A DNA stretch of 64,000 nucleotides, counting the filler, from Stramenopiles sp. TOSAG23-3 (taxonomy: Eukaryota), in the NCBI GenBank assembly GCA_900128585.1. It is 9 parts of 9 records of this genome, joined end to end, with 100 filler letters (N's around TTAATTAATTAA, not from the genome) between each part and the next. Parts side by side here need not be neighbours in the genome. Positions count along the whole stretch, not along the records: positions 14,489 to 21,629 come from LT643200.1; positions 21,730 to 28,848 come from LT643201.1; positions 28,949 to 36,066 come from LT643202.1; 6 more parts are not named here. The stretch is one strand, 5' to 3'. The position numbers and the translations under genes are program-made. Shown here one piece after another: positions 20,762 through 31,745 of this stretch. Below the pieces are notes generated by a model. It made no database searches. It saw nothing but the letters and a program-made list of their open reading frames with translations, and was not told the DNA's origin. Within the stretch, counting starts at the first letter, position 1; the number at the start of each line of letters is the position of its first letter.

Positions 20762-21385
20762 CTAAAGTTTAGGAAGCGACCCATGCTGCCCCACGGTCTC
20801 TGTTAAAAATAAATTTATCGATTGTTGCAAATCTGCCAAATTACCATTGTTTGTTATGGAAAAGTCCGATTTCTGTGCACAAACACGCAGGTTTTGCTTA
20901 AACTTTTCATTATTGTTCATTTCTATCCTCTCCTGCTCCAAAAACTCTTCATAACTAACGTTATCAGTTTCCGATTTCCGTGCTACTATGCGACTATATC
21001 TTATTTTTGGGTCTGCATCCACTGACAGTAAAAAAAATTTATTGGAACAAGCTAAGTTTCTCAGGGCATCAACTTCTGCCGGAACACGAACGCTTTCAAT
21101 TATAACCCGCGAAGCCGAGGTTTTCGTGGCTTGGGCGAAAAGAGTCTGTACAATGTAAGCAGGGGAATGTTTTCTCCGCAATTCATTGGCAATTTCACCC
21201 ATGGTATTTCGGTTCACATTTGGCAGATCTCTTCTACGGATTTCCTCCAAAAGAAACCCGCGTACACTCAAGTGCATAAATGCATATCTGTCAACAAGGT
21301 AGTCAACCACCGCACCTTTTCCAGCCCCAGCAGTGCCGGTTATCCCTATTACCACTTGCTGGGCCAACTTTGTACCCCGAACCAT
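20762..21385 (-). CDS. P-loop nucleotide/dephospho-CoA-kinase-like protein (prokaryote-type AAA kinase)
   Basis: VIGITGTAGAGKG Walker A, VIIESVR, VDADPKIRYSRIVARK lid and a C-terminal ITNNGNLADL; first ATG at 21385. Confidence 0.8.
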   Translation of the reverse strand: MVRGTKLAQQVVIGITGTAGAGKGAVVDYLVDRYAFMHLSVRGFLLEEIRRRDLPNVNRNTMGEIANELRRKHSPAYIVQTLFAQATKTSASRVIIESVRVPAEVDALRNLACSNKFFLLSVDADPKIRYSRIVARKSETDNVSYEEFLEQERIEMNNNEKFKQNLRVCAQKSDFSITNNGNLADLQQSINLFLTETVGQHGSLPKL

Positions 21386-21629
21386 TGATTGGTCCAACAC
21401 GCAGCTTTACTGCCGCCTAACTTATTCTTTATAATACAAATATCCAAGCTGATATATTACGATGGTACCATTGTTAAATAATTCAAACATTTTCTGTTCT
21501 TCATCACCATGTCGTCGCGTAATCATTTGTTTTATGAAATAATACCGCTACGGAAACCAAGGGGGGGGAGTCAATATATTATATGAAATGAATAATTGAT
21601 TCAATAATTCACTACTGTAGTACTCGTAC

Positions 21630-21729
21630 NNNNNNNNNNNNNNNNNNNNNNNNNNNNNNNNNNNNNNNNNNNNTTAATTAATTAANNNNNNNNNNNNNNN
21701 NNNNNNNNNNNNNNNNNNNNNNNNNNNNN
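21630..21729. other. Artificial contig linker
   Basis: N44-TTAATTAATTAA-N44. Confidence 0.97.
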
Positions 21730-21731
21730 TA

Positions 21732-21845
21732 CCTTCGACAATTTTGAACTACATCATTGCAAAAACCATTCCGACCGCGATGGCAAGCCTAGAAACCGCG
21801 TGTAAAAATTACGATGGATGGAAGAAGAAACGGGCGCAGCAATAG
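21732..21845 (+). CDS. 3' fragment of a START-domain (PCTP/STARD10-like) lipid-transfer protein
   Basis: My translation PSTILNYIIAKTIPTAMASLETACKNYDGWKKKRAQQ* resembles the C-terminal helix of START domains (PxWxxN...P...L..AC..Y..WK). 5' truncated by the contig edge. Confidence 0.55.
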   Translation, partial: PSTILNYIIAKTIPTAMASLETACKNYDGWKKKRAQQ

Positions 21846-22179
21846 TAGGGGGGGACTAAAAGCAGTTTGGAGTGGGAGGTTTATCATTTTTCTTAAAACC
21901 TAATTTTATAAGAGGGGTTCAAGCAGTGAACACTTCACTCACTCTTCGTAATTCATTTATTTTTTCCTAAAGAGTTCGCGTAAGTAGTACAAAGTACATG
22001 GGGGGATTCTGATCATTTTCTAGATTTCAACCCTTGAACAACTTTAACATACTATATATTTTGGTTTTTCAAAAGAAGAATGATGAAACAAGGAATGATA
22101 ATTACCATCACAACAAAATAAACAACTACACTTTAAAAAGAGTGAGTAAATTAGACGGACAAACGCACACTCAGTCTTT

Positions 22180-24444
22180 TTACAGCTGCAACGAAGGGGC
22201 ATCCCGACGAGTCAGGACAGCCAATCCTGAATCTGTACCGATCATCAAAATGCACATTCCGCCCGACCCCTTCGATACTCCCATTGCAGTTACACTATAC
22301 TGGTCCAGCGTATTTTCTCTGCCATGGCTTCTTGCATCTGTGGTTTGCCCCCAGACCAATGAAGTTGGGACTCGAAACGTGCAACCGTTTGTTCTACTGC
22401 TACCACACTCCATGATCATTGCGGACTCCACAAAAGTGTTTTTTTTGCCGTTGTGTACGAATCGATTGGGGCACCTGGACTGGAACGTCTGACCGTTTGC
22501 AGACGCGTACCAGAGAACGCACGTATCGCCGATGACTGTTCCTAAAACCGAAGTTACTTCCGATGAACTCTGCTGGGTCATGTCTGTGTTGGCTAGAAAT
22601 ATCCTCGGCGCCGGCGACTCCTTCTGCATCTCTTTTTCTAGATCAACGACAGAAAACCGCCCATCGCAGAATCCAACGGCCAGGATCGTGCGCGATACCC
22701 ATGCAACCGAGTTGACAGATGCAAAGACTCCCGATTGTCCCTGAAACCTGATCTCGTACAATGGCAAGTTTTTATCTTCTCGGGCATCCCAAATCCTAAT
22801 TTTACCTCCATTCGATGATCCCTCGACAAAGAAATTCTTATCTACCGGGCACCAAGCCAATGCGTTAATTCTTACACCTTCCCATATTCCTACACCGCTG
22901 GCAACGAAGGAAAACGCACTATTGTAAAACCCAACGGGAACAAAGTGCTCCTCTTGCTGCCTATATTCAAGGAGTTTAACCACCCCGCTTGACCCCCCCA
23001 CCAAAATCTGCCGTGGATCGTTTGGATTCCACTGCAAGGACTTGATCACTTCATCAAAGTTTATGGTGCACGCAGGGGGAGAATCGATTAGCGGCGCAAG
23101 CGACGCGGCCCAGTCCGCAGACTTGTATTTTTGTCCTGCACTATGCATATGTTTATCAGATGGAACGCTGTGAATCCGAACAGTCCCATCACCGTGGGCT
23201 ATGGCCAATAGTCCCATTCGACTCTCCACAGGTTCGCAAGGAGGGCACCAAGACATTGACCATGCGGCACCAAACTCGTGGGTGAGCACAAAGAGCAACT
23301 CCATGCACGTACCGCCAGGGGCACCACCTTGAGGAGGGTGACACTTCCAAATCTGTACAAAGGAGGAAAAATTCGATTTAAACACAGAGTTGAACACCAA
23401 AGTCGTGTCATTTGGCAAGATGGATACGGCAACGTATCTAGGGGCGTCTTTGGACGGGTTGCGATCGTTCCCACAAGGGCACCAGGCCAAGCTCTGCACT
23501 TTGCCCCCGCAGTTCATCACGTCAAAGTGGTCGCTGCCTCCATCACTAGTGGACATGGCCTTCCCGTAGCCGAGAGTGCCTTTGTCTATTCTCTTGGCAT
23601 TGATTTTTACACCGACCGTTGCACTCTGATCTATGGCTGTAGAAAATAGTTTGATACTTTTTGCATTGCAGTAATGCTCTTCCGTTACTTTAGCCGCCCA
23701 CCGTTTGCCAGTATATACACTCTCCCTAGCCTGCTCACTCGGACGACTCGCCTGCGTCTGTTCAAGATATTTTTGAAACGATTGCGGAACTGTTTCGGGC
23801 TTTATTTCGATCGGCGTTGTTGCCTTCCTCTTCTTTTGTGCGCATCTTTTAGCAGCTTCATTAGCTTCTTTCTCGGCCTGGGCCTTTTCTAACTTGATTT
23901 TTTTCTCAGCCCGGGCCTTTTCTAACTTGACATTTTTCTTAGCCCGGGCCTTGGCCTCCTTGGCTGCCTTGGCTGCCTTGGCTCGCGCAGCTTCTTTCTC
24001 AGCCCGGGCCTTCTTCGCTTGCGCAGCCTTTGCTTTTGCTGCTATCCTACGCAACGCCCCCTTTCGTTTAACTTCGGCCAGTTGTGCTTCTATTAGCTTC
24101 CTCCTTTCTCTGTTTTTGCATACAGAGTTTTTTATATGGTAATCTCTGCCGCGCAGGGAAGAGAACTCTTTGCCACAGACAGAGCAGGGTGGAATGCTTT
24201 CGTTAGTTGGCACTGCACTTTCTTCCGTGCCACACGATTTAGATTTCGTCGTGTGATAAGTGTGGCTCTGTCTGGACTTAAATTTCTTACCACACTTCTC
24301 GCAATCTGGGATAACAGGCGCGGAATTATACTGGAGCGCAATTATTTTAAGAGTCTTACACGAGACATCAATTTCCAAGTGCCGTTTCAGCGCGTCCTCG
24401 CTCGGGTACTTAAACTGGCAGAACTCACAGCTAACGAAAGGCAT
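22180..24444 (-). CDS. GTF3C2: TFIIIC subunit 2 (GTF3C2/Tfc6)-like WD40 protein with N-terminal C2H2/C2HC zinc fingers
   Basis: NCGGKVQSLAWCP...YVAVS...VQIW...HEFGAAWSMSWCP...RMGLLAIAHGDGTVRIHSVP matches my recollection of the GTF3C2 propeller. Three CxxC-x12-H fingers at the N-terminus; first ATG at 24444. Confidence 0.7.
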   Translation of the reverse strand: MPFVSCEFCQFKYPSEDALKRHLEIDVSCKTLKIIALQYNSAPVIPDCEKCGKKFKSRQSHTYHTTKSKSCGTEESAVPTNESIPPCSVCGKEFSSLRGRDYHIKNSVCKNRERRKLIEAQLAEVKRKGALRRIAAKAKAAQAKKARAEKEAARAKAAKAAKEAKARAKKNVKLEKARAEKKIKLEKAQAEKEANEAAKRCAQKKRKATTPIEIKPETVPQSFQKYLEQTQASRPSEQARESVYTGKRWAAKVTEEHYCNAKSIKLFSTAIDQSATVGVKINAKRIDKGTLGYGKAMSTSDGGSDHFDVMNCGGKVQSLAWCPCGNDRNPSKDAPRYVAVSILPNDTTLVFNSVFKSNFSSFVQIWKCHPPQGGAPGGTCMELLFVLTHEFGAAWSMSWCPPCEPVESRMGLLAIAHGDGTVRIHSVPSDKHMHSAGQKYKSADWAASLAPLIDSPPACTINFDEVIKSLQWNPNDPRQILVGGSSGVVKLLEYRQQEEHFVPVGFYNSAFSFVASGVGIWEGVRINALAWCPVDKNFFVEGSSNGGKIRIWDAREDKNLPLYEIRFQGQSGVFASVNSVAWVSRTILAVGFCDGRFSVVDLEKEMQKESPAPRIFLANTDMTQQSSSEVTSVLGTVIGDTCVLWYASANGQTFQSRCPNRFVHNGKKNTFVESAMIMECGSSRTNGCTFRVPTSLVWGQTTDARSHGRENTLDQYSVTAMGVSKGSGGMCILMIGTDSGLAVLTRRDAPSLQL

Positions 24445-24927
24445 CGTCACCCGTACCCCCTTCCTTCTCCAGCCCGTTGAACTGCACAAGATTGTTTGGT
24501 CTATAATTCAAATGTTGTTGGAGATGTACTTTCTTGATTGATACAAATGAATGGTTCTTTCTTCCTGGATCATCGATATGAAATTGATGGGTTATTTTTA
24601 CCCCTTTCTAATTGGTATTGACATTGTTTTATATCGGTGGTGGATGGTGAGTGATAATATTTATTATTATTATTTTACTTTTTTTTTATATTACTAGACC
24701 TACGTACTACTCCTCCTCCTCCTCTTCTTCTTCTCTTCTCTTCCTTTTTTTTTTTTTTTTTGGTGGAACGAAAGAAGTTGGTGGAGACTAGACGAAGAAA
24801 TATAACATAGACACACTACTATTAAATATTAATATAATAATAATAATAAAATATTACAATAATAATAATAGACACTAAATCCGCATATATATATCATACA
24901 GTATATTAATAGGATTTTTTAATTCTT

Positions 24928-26355
24928 TCAAAGCAAAAATCCTTTTTTAAAACCACTTGATGTAGTTGAAGAACCATCTCCTTCTTTTTTCTTTTTCTTC
25001 TTCTTTTTTTTCTTACTTGTTCCTGCGCTAGGAGGTGTTCCATCTTCTGCTTCTGATCCAGTTGACATTGTTGTGCCAAACATGGAAGATACATCCTGAC
25101 CCGGAAACATTTTCATATAATGGTTTACCATGGCATGTGTCATTCTACTGTAGCGTCCGTTACGCATTATGGCCTTCCTTAATGACTCTGGATACTTTGC
25201 CATTTCCTCGGGCGTTGGCTGTTCTCCATTTTTTGGCAATTTCTGCATTTCTGATGCAAATTGAGCAGCTACGTCGGTGGTAGGTTGATGCTCACTGCTG
25301 CGATTCATCGACTGATTATTATCCCCTTCTTTTTTTTTTACGTCGTCATTTTCTTTCCCTTTATCCTTTTTATGTATGCTTAAATCAACAATATCAAGGG
25401 CTATCACCAAAGGGTGTGATAAAAATGTCTTTTTTTTCCCCTCGATTTCATCTGTTGAAGGTGCATATTTTTCCCACACAGTCTTGGCTGTAACATGACA
25501 CTTACATGTTGCCGCAACAATGTCAAACAGATACGCAGTTAAAATTAATGGAAGAGGATCTCCATCCATGCCTCCTGCTTCAACAAATTCAAGTGCACGA
25601 AGATATAGCTCCACCACTCGTTTGACATATCCCTCAAATCTATCTGTCCCTGCCCATAAATCTAGAAAATCAATACGCTTTGGACAATCTTCATTGCTTG
25701 CTTCAGCTATGCATAGTATTATACTTGCAATTTGTCCGCCCCATATTAATAACATATTTAAATACGCCCGACAAGTTTGCATTGGTGTGTATTTATATTG
25801 ACGAGGGTATCCTTCACTGAAATCATCGTCGTAATTGTAACTTCGTACCATATCCTTCTCCAAGAATAATGGCGTATGCTCATAAAATTCTTGGTATCCA
25901 TGCATGGCACTCCCTATACTTTTACCTGGATATTTCAAAAAAGCATTGATGAAACTGTTCAAATGATCTTTTTCCATTTCAACTTTTTTAAACCCACTAT
26001 CATAAAGATATTTGCCGCAAATGCTTACGTCACCACCTCCTGCTAAACCTGTACCTGCCTTTGCATAATAACTGGACCATAGAAAAATTCCACCAAATGC
26101 AGATTGGCACTCCCAGTTATAAGCATGAAAATAATCTTCACATGAACCTGGAGTTACACTCCGAGCCAACTGTGATAATTGACCAGAAGCGCCCATTAAA
26201 CACGCCTCAGTGCCATCATCTGCAAGCAACCAAACAAATCCTTCAATATCTTTTTTTGGATTAAGTTTTATGCCTTTTCTCTGCTGCATTTTGTTTTCAA
26301 ACATTTGCATCCTCTTCATAGGATCCCGTTCAAATAATAAATTGTGGAGGTTCAT
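24928..26355 (-). CDS. Hypothetical protein (475 aa), Lys-rich C-terminus
   Basis: Long ATG-initiated ORF in an AT-richer segment; no family recognised. Confidence 0.7.
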   Translation of the reverse strand: MNLHNLLFERDPMKRMQMFENKMQQRKGIKLNPKKDIEGFVWLLADDGTEACLMGASGQLSQLARSVTPGSCEDYFHAYNWECQSAFGGIFLWSSYYAKAGTGLAGGGDVSICGKYLYDSGFKKVEMEKDHLNSFINAFLKYPGKSIGSAMHGYQEFYEHTPLFLEKDMVRSYNYDDDFSEGYPRQYKYTPMQTCRAYLNMLLIWGGQIASIILCIAEASNEDCPKRIDFLDLWAGTDRFEGYVKRVVELYLRALEFVEAGGMDGDPLPLILTAYLFDIVAATCKCHVTAKTVWEKYAPSTDEIEGKKKTFLSHPLVIALDIVDLSIHKKDKGKENDDVKKKEGDNNQSMNRSSEHQPTTDVAAQFASEMQKLPKNGEQPTPEEMAKYPESLRKAIMRNGRYSRMTHAMVNHYMKMFPGQDVSSMFGTTMSTGSEAEDGTPPSAGTSKKKKKKKKKKEGDGSSTTSSGFKKGFLL

Positions 26356-27162
26356 AGTACGAAAAATTTAAATTGATAATGTCGAAGTATGACGGAGTAA
26401 ATAATTTGGACTAACAAAAATATATCTGTCTATGACTATGAAAGAACTGATGAAGGTGATTGGCAAAATTTTCAGCTAAAATTTCAATGACCCATGTAAC
26501 AAATGTTATCACTAGTAGTGGATTTAGGTTTTACGAAAATACTAAACTAGGTCGTGTAAGAATGCAAACTACTATGGTAGTGCTGTTGCTAAACTACAAT
26601 CTGGAGGTATTCCTCAAGCAAAATTTGAATTATTAATTTGATTTCTATTTTTTACGATGATTGACACTTGCACACTTATGCTGTGTTTCGGAAATTTTTA
26701 ATCAAAATCTAAAAATTGACTTATGTAAATAAATTTATAATGGAATAGCAGGTAGAAAAACATATAACAATTAAGGAATATTGTAAATTATCATACTCCA
26801 GTTCACAAATCTCCATTCAATTAGTATATATATACCATTAGCAATCTCTTCTTCCCCCCCCTTCTTTTTCCTTTTCTTCTTTTTCTTCCTTAATTTGACT
26901 TATTTACATATTAACGCAACGCACCGAATATAGATTCAAATAGTGTTTTTTTCTTCGCTATGTGCCTATTAAAAAAAAACCTTCCTCTTCTTTGGCCTGG
27001 GACGGAAGAAGTAAAATTGACCTTGAAGAAGAAGAATGAATGTGATATTTATTATAAAATGTGGTGTGGTGATATTATGACACAGCAGCATGTGAGAGTT
27101 GAAAAAAAAGAAGAATAAATAAAATACAAAAAATAATTAACCGCTTCTTCTTCTTCTTCTTC

Positions 27163-27205
27163 NNNNNNNNNNNNNNNNNNNNNNNNNNNNNNNNNNNNNN
27201 NNNNN
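27163..27205. other. Internal scaffold gap (43 N, no linker)
   Basis: N run following a TTC microsatellite. Confidence 0.9.
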
Positions 27206-27219
27206 ATTTGTAAACGTGA

Positions 27220-28341
27220 TTGGAAAACAAGAAGCAAAAGCCTAAAGGGCTTGCAAATGGAATGAGTAAAGAGAGTGAACAAGGACGAACACCACACAGA
27301 GAGGTGCAGTGTGCGACGGCGGTGTGCAACGATTGCAGTTGCAGCTTGGTTGTCACTCTACACGAATTCTTCACGGTCAATCCATTTGATAAACCGTTTG
27401 GATATTTAATCCAACGCTATTTAAACTTTCATGAAGTTGTTCATTTAAACTTGTTATGCAAAGGTATCAAAATAATTGATGTAGTATGGCAATTTTGGTA
27501 TGAAAAAATATGGAAGCCGAGCGAATCATTGTTCGTACTGAAGTCCAGCTATGAAAACCAGCGAGACCGAATGAAGAGTAGGTGGGACGCAAAACGAACG
27601 GATCTCCTTTTAAATGTGTCAAACCCGAAAACGAAATATATTTTTGAGGGGTATTCAATGGACATAGTTTCTTGTAATATAACCCCCGCGACAGCGCACG
27701 TTACTGTTCGAGACGATTACCATTTCGATGGTCATATTAACATTCGCGCGGGAACGAATCATAATAAGGAAACTACGGGCAGTTGGACCCACGGCTTCAT
27801 CGGAGCAAACATAATAAGGAATGGGGGGAAACGGTATTTTCAATTGGAATGGAGAGAAATGCTGCCTACAAACAGGGGTTATTTTGAGTATATTGGTTAC
27901 TTAAGCAGAGATTGTAAATTTGTTTATGGTACCTTTTCTTGGTCAATGTTTCCAAGAAAGATCCAAGGCATCTTTGGGTTTCTCATAGTTGCACACTCAA
28001 TGGATGACGTTAACGCCAGGAACGAGGCTTCAAGCATCGTAGAGTATCGTCAACAAGTGCAGTCAGTTTACGACAGGTGCGTTTCTCAAGAAACCGGTGG
28101 AATTTCGTGGCTTAACTTGGAAATTTGCGACTTTTTAAAAGAAAATTACAAACGGAGAACCGCAGTTTTGCCAAGGTGCGTTATTGAAGAGACGGGCGTG
28201 AAAGTTCTGGTTGATATGATTGGAAAAAATCTTTTGTCCAATAACTGCAAATTGATAGAGCACGCAAAAGACTTCGGTGCAATGTTTATACCTTTAGTGC
28301 CACGGCACCTGCACATTTACGCAAGAGGAAGGGGGAAATAA
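27220..28341 (+). CDS. Hypothetical protein, possible divergent F-box-like N-terminal region; true start uncertain (abuts gap)
   Basis: 373-aa ORF; LIQRYLNFHEVVHLNLLCK...VWQFWYEKIW loosely resembles an F-box. Confidence 0.55.
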   Translation: MENKKQKPKGLANGMSKESEQGRTPHREVQCATAVCNDCSCSLVVTLHEFFTVNPFDKPFGYLIQRYLNFHEVVHLNLLCKGIKIIDVVWQFWYEKIWKPSESLFVLKSSYENQRDRMKSRWDAKRTDLLLNVSNPKTKYIFEGYSMDIVSCNITPATAHVTVRDDYHFDGHINIRAGTNHNKETTGSWTHGFIGANIIRNGGKRYFQLEWREMLPTNRGYFEYIGYLSRDCKFVYGTFSWSMFPRKIQGIFGFLIVAHSMDDVNARNEASSIVEYRQQVQSVYDRCVSQETGGISWLNLEICDFLKENYKRRTAVLPRCVIEETGVKVLVDMIGKNLLSNNCKLIEHAKDFGAMFIPLVPRHLHIYARGRGK

Positions 28342-28848
28342 TTTCGTGGGAAAAAGTGTTTCTCTGTGCAATCCGAGAAAAGTGTGTCAGAAAGAAGAAT
28401 TAGTGGGAGAGTCAGTAAACAAATATTAAGGACTTTTTGTTTTTATTTGGTCAATGTAACTTCAAAAATTATCATTTACAAAATAAGTATGATATGCATA
28501 TCTGTTTGTGATGAAAAATAAATGGCAACGTTAAATTTAAATAAAGTTAAAAGAGACACACACGAGCAGCAAAGAATTGCCCCAGCACTACAACGATGTA
28601 GTCTTATCAACCGATATTCCAATGCTTAATGCATTTTCAGAATCCGATATCATTTCGTAGTGAATGGGGGCACGAATTTTACACCCACTGCCCTTACTTT
28701 GCTTGCTCAAAGATATACGAAAGGTAGCACTGGGCAGCCAAAAAAAAAACTACGAACAGGAATGCCCTGCCTTGGCCCTCGGGTCCCTCTCTGATTGCCT
28801 TCGCACTTGGACTGCTGCCTAAAATCGGAATTCTCTGTGAATCTGCAG

Positions 28849-28948
28849 NNNNNNNNNNNNNNNNNNNNNNNNNNNNNNNNNNNNNNNNNNNNTTAATTAA
28901 TTAANNNNNNNNNNNNNNNNNNNNNNNNNNNNNNNNNNNNNNNNNNNN
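28849..28948. other. Artificial contig linker
   Basis: N44-TTAATTAATTAA-N44. Confidence 0.97.
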
Positions 28949-28978
28949 TATGTGAGTACATAACTATTTTACTCGTAG

Positions 28979-29106
28979 CTTCTTCTTCTTTTTTCTTCTT
29001 CTTCTTCTTCTTCTTCTTCTTCTTCTTTCTTCTTCTTTTTTCTGCTTCTTCTTCTTCTTTCTTCTTCTTTCTTCTTCTTTCTTCTTCTTTTTTCTTCTTC
29101 TTCTTC
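28979..29106. repeat. (TTC)n imperfect microsatellite
   Basis: Visible tandem run. Confidence 0.9.
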
Positions 29107-29745
29107 TAAATTAAAAAAAGTTCGAAGAACAAAAAGCAAAATAAAAGCGAAGTATTATTGGAATTATACTTCCATACACAGGATGCCTAATAAATCCAAT
29201 TAAAAGAATACGAAGAATATTTAATAAGTATAAAAGAGAAGGAAATGACACACACATACATAAACACACCATACTATCCAAAACTACCGTGCTTCTTCCC
29301 TCCTTGATCGATCCTTGATTTAAAATAAAATAAAATAGATTTTTTTGTTTTGTTTGTCATGTTGGTCCAGCTGCTGCTGTTGGTGTGTTGATCCTTCGGT
29401 AGTAAATATGAATACGCTTCCTCGTATTTATTAGATACTCCGGACTCCGGACTCCGGTTGTTTTGTTTTGTTTTGTTTTATTTAGGAGGAGAGGTTGAAG
29501 GATGGATCGATAATTTATTAATAATAACACAAAAATAATAAAATACTGTAGGTGGTGTGTAAAAAAAATTATAATAATATATAATACAATGATAAAAATA
29601 CGTGTTTGAACAATACGTGGTAAAAAAAATCTGCGTGTCGTATCGCTTCGTCAATATTTTCGGTTCTTTCGTTTTCCGCGTGTGTGTTATGACAGAGAAG
29701 ATATATATATATATATTTATATAATTTAAAAAAGAGATACTACAA

Positions 29746-30738
29746 ATGTCAAACCTGCCAGTCTCGGACTCGTTGCGGGGTCTGTTTGCTACCGCGTGCC
29801 AGGGGGGAGTGCGTGCTGTGAAAGCGAAGATCGAGGGGGAAACTATTGTGCCATTCGCATCGGATCCTACGGTTCCAGTGAAAGGAAGTTCGGAGGAAGA
29901 TTTTCAAGTGTTGGTGGAAGATGTGGCGTCCGATAAGTCCCCACGTTACTATCTGTACTGCTTGGACGGGAACGGCGAAGAGTTCATTCTGATAGCGTTT
30001 GTCCCGGAGGACTCGAACGTCCGTGACAAAATGCTGTACGCCTCGTCGCACACTGCGTTGGTGCGCCAACTTGGCCCAGACAAGTTTAAAAGCGAATGGT
30101 ACTGCAACGATGCCAGCGAACTGGCGTACAAAGGACTCATAGAACAACTTCGACACGACGAGACCGAAGCCCCTTTGACAGAGCAGGAGAAGTATGCGAA
30201 AAAAGAGCTCGAAGACGCGGTAGGGTTGGAGCAAAGCACCGGTATGATCTCGGGATCGCTTCCGTTCCAACCCACGAAGGAGCTGCTGGGCTCGTTGGAA
30301 CGGTTCAAGTCGAACGAAGTGAACTTTTTGGAGATCAAAGTGGAAGACAACGAGGACTTGGGGCTCGTCTCGGCTTTGAGTGTATCCAATGAATCAGAAA
30401 TCGATACCAATATCAAAGCAGACGACGGCCGCTTTTACGTGATCAAGTACAAACCAACTGCAGCGGACGGGAAGGTGTTTTTTGTGTTTTGCTGCCCGGA
30501 CGCCGTGTCCATAAAGACTCGAATGATTTTGGCCACCGTCAAAGGAACTGCTGTTGACATTTTTAAATCGAACGGTATCGAGTTCGCCAAAACCCTGGAG
30601 CTGTCGGACACAGATGTGCGCTCAGAGCTGGACAGCGAGGTGAAGTTGATGACAGAAACGCGCGAACTGACAAACAAAACTGCGTTCGCAAAACCGAAAC
30701 GCCCAGGACGCGGGAAAAGGAGGATGATCAAGAAGTAG
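29746..30738 (+). CDS. TWF1: Twinfilin (two ADF-H domains + capping-protein-binding tail)
   Basis: FVPEDSNVRDKMLYASS in ADF-H 1, FVFCCPDAVSIKTRMILAT in ADF-H 2, tail FAKPKRPGRGKRRM. Confidence 0.92.
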   Translation: MSNLPVSDSLRGLFATACQGGVRAVKAKIEGETIVPFASDPTVPVKGSSEEDFQVLVEDVASDKSPRYYLYCLDGNGEEFILIAFVPEDSNVRDKMLYASSHTALVRQLGPDKFKSEWYCNDASELAYKGLIEQLRHDETEAPLTEQEKYAKKELEDAVGLEQSTGMISGSLPFQPTKELLGSLERFKSNEVNFLEIKVEDNEDLGLVSALSVSNESEIDTNIKADDGRFYVIKYKPTAADGKVFFVFCCPDAVSIKTRMILATVKGTAVDIFKSNGIEFAKTLELSDTDVRSELDSEVKLMTETRELTNKTAFAKPKRPGRGKRRMIKK

Positions 30739-30860
30739 GATGAGAGAGCGGGCATGGTACGGGCGTTTGCCGTGGGCATCTCGGTGCCTGGATTGGCAGA
30801 GCGTTGTATGTAAAGCATGTACACAAAGTACAACGTATCCGAGAAGTGCAAAGATAAAAA

Positions 30861-30912
30861 AAAACAAATTATATAGTATGTTTTAAGACTCTCATTTTAA
30901 ATCAATTACTAT
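30861..30912 (+). repeat. Short dispersed AT-rich repeat (copy of 20221-20284)
   Basis: AAACAAATTATATAGTATGTTTTAAGACTCTCATTTTAAATCAATTACTAT. Confidence 0.8.
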
Positions 30913-31061
30913 CTTGCAAAGATAATATACTGATGTACTACACGGAAACCCGTAAGAATCACAATTCCAACAATTTATAATGTCATCCACCGCGTTTACA
31001 CCAAATTGTGAACAATTCCGCGAACAAAGGCCTGTTTTGTCCAATGTACCGTTACAGCCCT

Positions 31062-31640
31062 TCATAATACACGACGTCCCCTGTGGTACGGGAGTGATAA
31101 GCCGTTGTGCGCCATTGCCTCAATGCATGCTAGGAATAGACAGTGTCCGTCTCTCGGGACGTCCATTACCCGATAGCCCTGGGGGGCATGACTAGGCGGC
31201 CTTGGCTTTGGTGATTCCAGTGATTTCCGCGTTGATAAATACAGGTCCCCGATCTCCATCAGGGTGTCCTCTGCTGCAAAATTCCTGATGTTCACGTCGG
31301 TGCATATTTCCATGCGGCATTGTGTCAGCCCCACGTGTAGGATGGCAATGTACCAGTGATAGTTTTGTACGTTGATCGGCAAGATGATTGACCGAAGTTG
31401 TGCCGTCCTTGCCTCCTTTGAGCGGCGCCACAGTGCTCTCCATAAACGGTCTGTTCGTTCTGGCCCTGTTATTTGCGATAGTAGCGTATTGAATACGTAC
31501 TGACCTGTGGGCGGTTTGTACTGAAGTGCGTTAAGCGAGAGATGGATGGCGTCCCCAGATAGGTACTGGTCTGGCCGGAGTGTGGAGAGTGCCTTGTGCT
31601 TGTCTTGCTCTGCTACCGTTTTGCCGGCGCTGATTTTAAA
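31062..31640 (-). pseudogene. Ulp1/C48-type protease fragment fused to an OTU-like Cys-box fragment; no ATG upstream of the Ulp1 motifs
   Basis: Frame extended upstream of the ORF track: LSTLRPDQYLSGDAIHLSLNAL...YVFNTLL...IILPINVQNYHWYIAIL (Ulp1 N-half with catalytic His), then YRVMDVPRDGHCLFLAC (OTU-type DGxCLF), then an early stop. Confidence 0.65.
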
Positions 31641-31745
31641 CCAAAGAATATATAATATAGATATCGTTTTTGATTTGACTAATTTGAATTATATCCTTTC
31701 TTACTTTGTATACTGGCTTTATCTTTAACTTTCTCTGCTCTAATT

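Noticed and set aside
28540-28848. Possible gene or RNA fragment at the contig end
   Set aside because: Only a short open frame with no recognisable motif; no tRNA, rRNA or snRNA signature that I can support.
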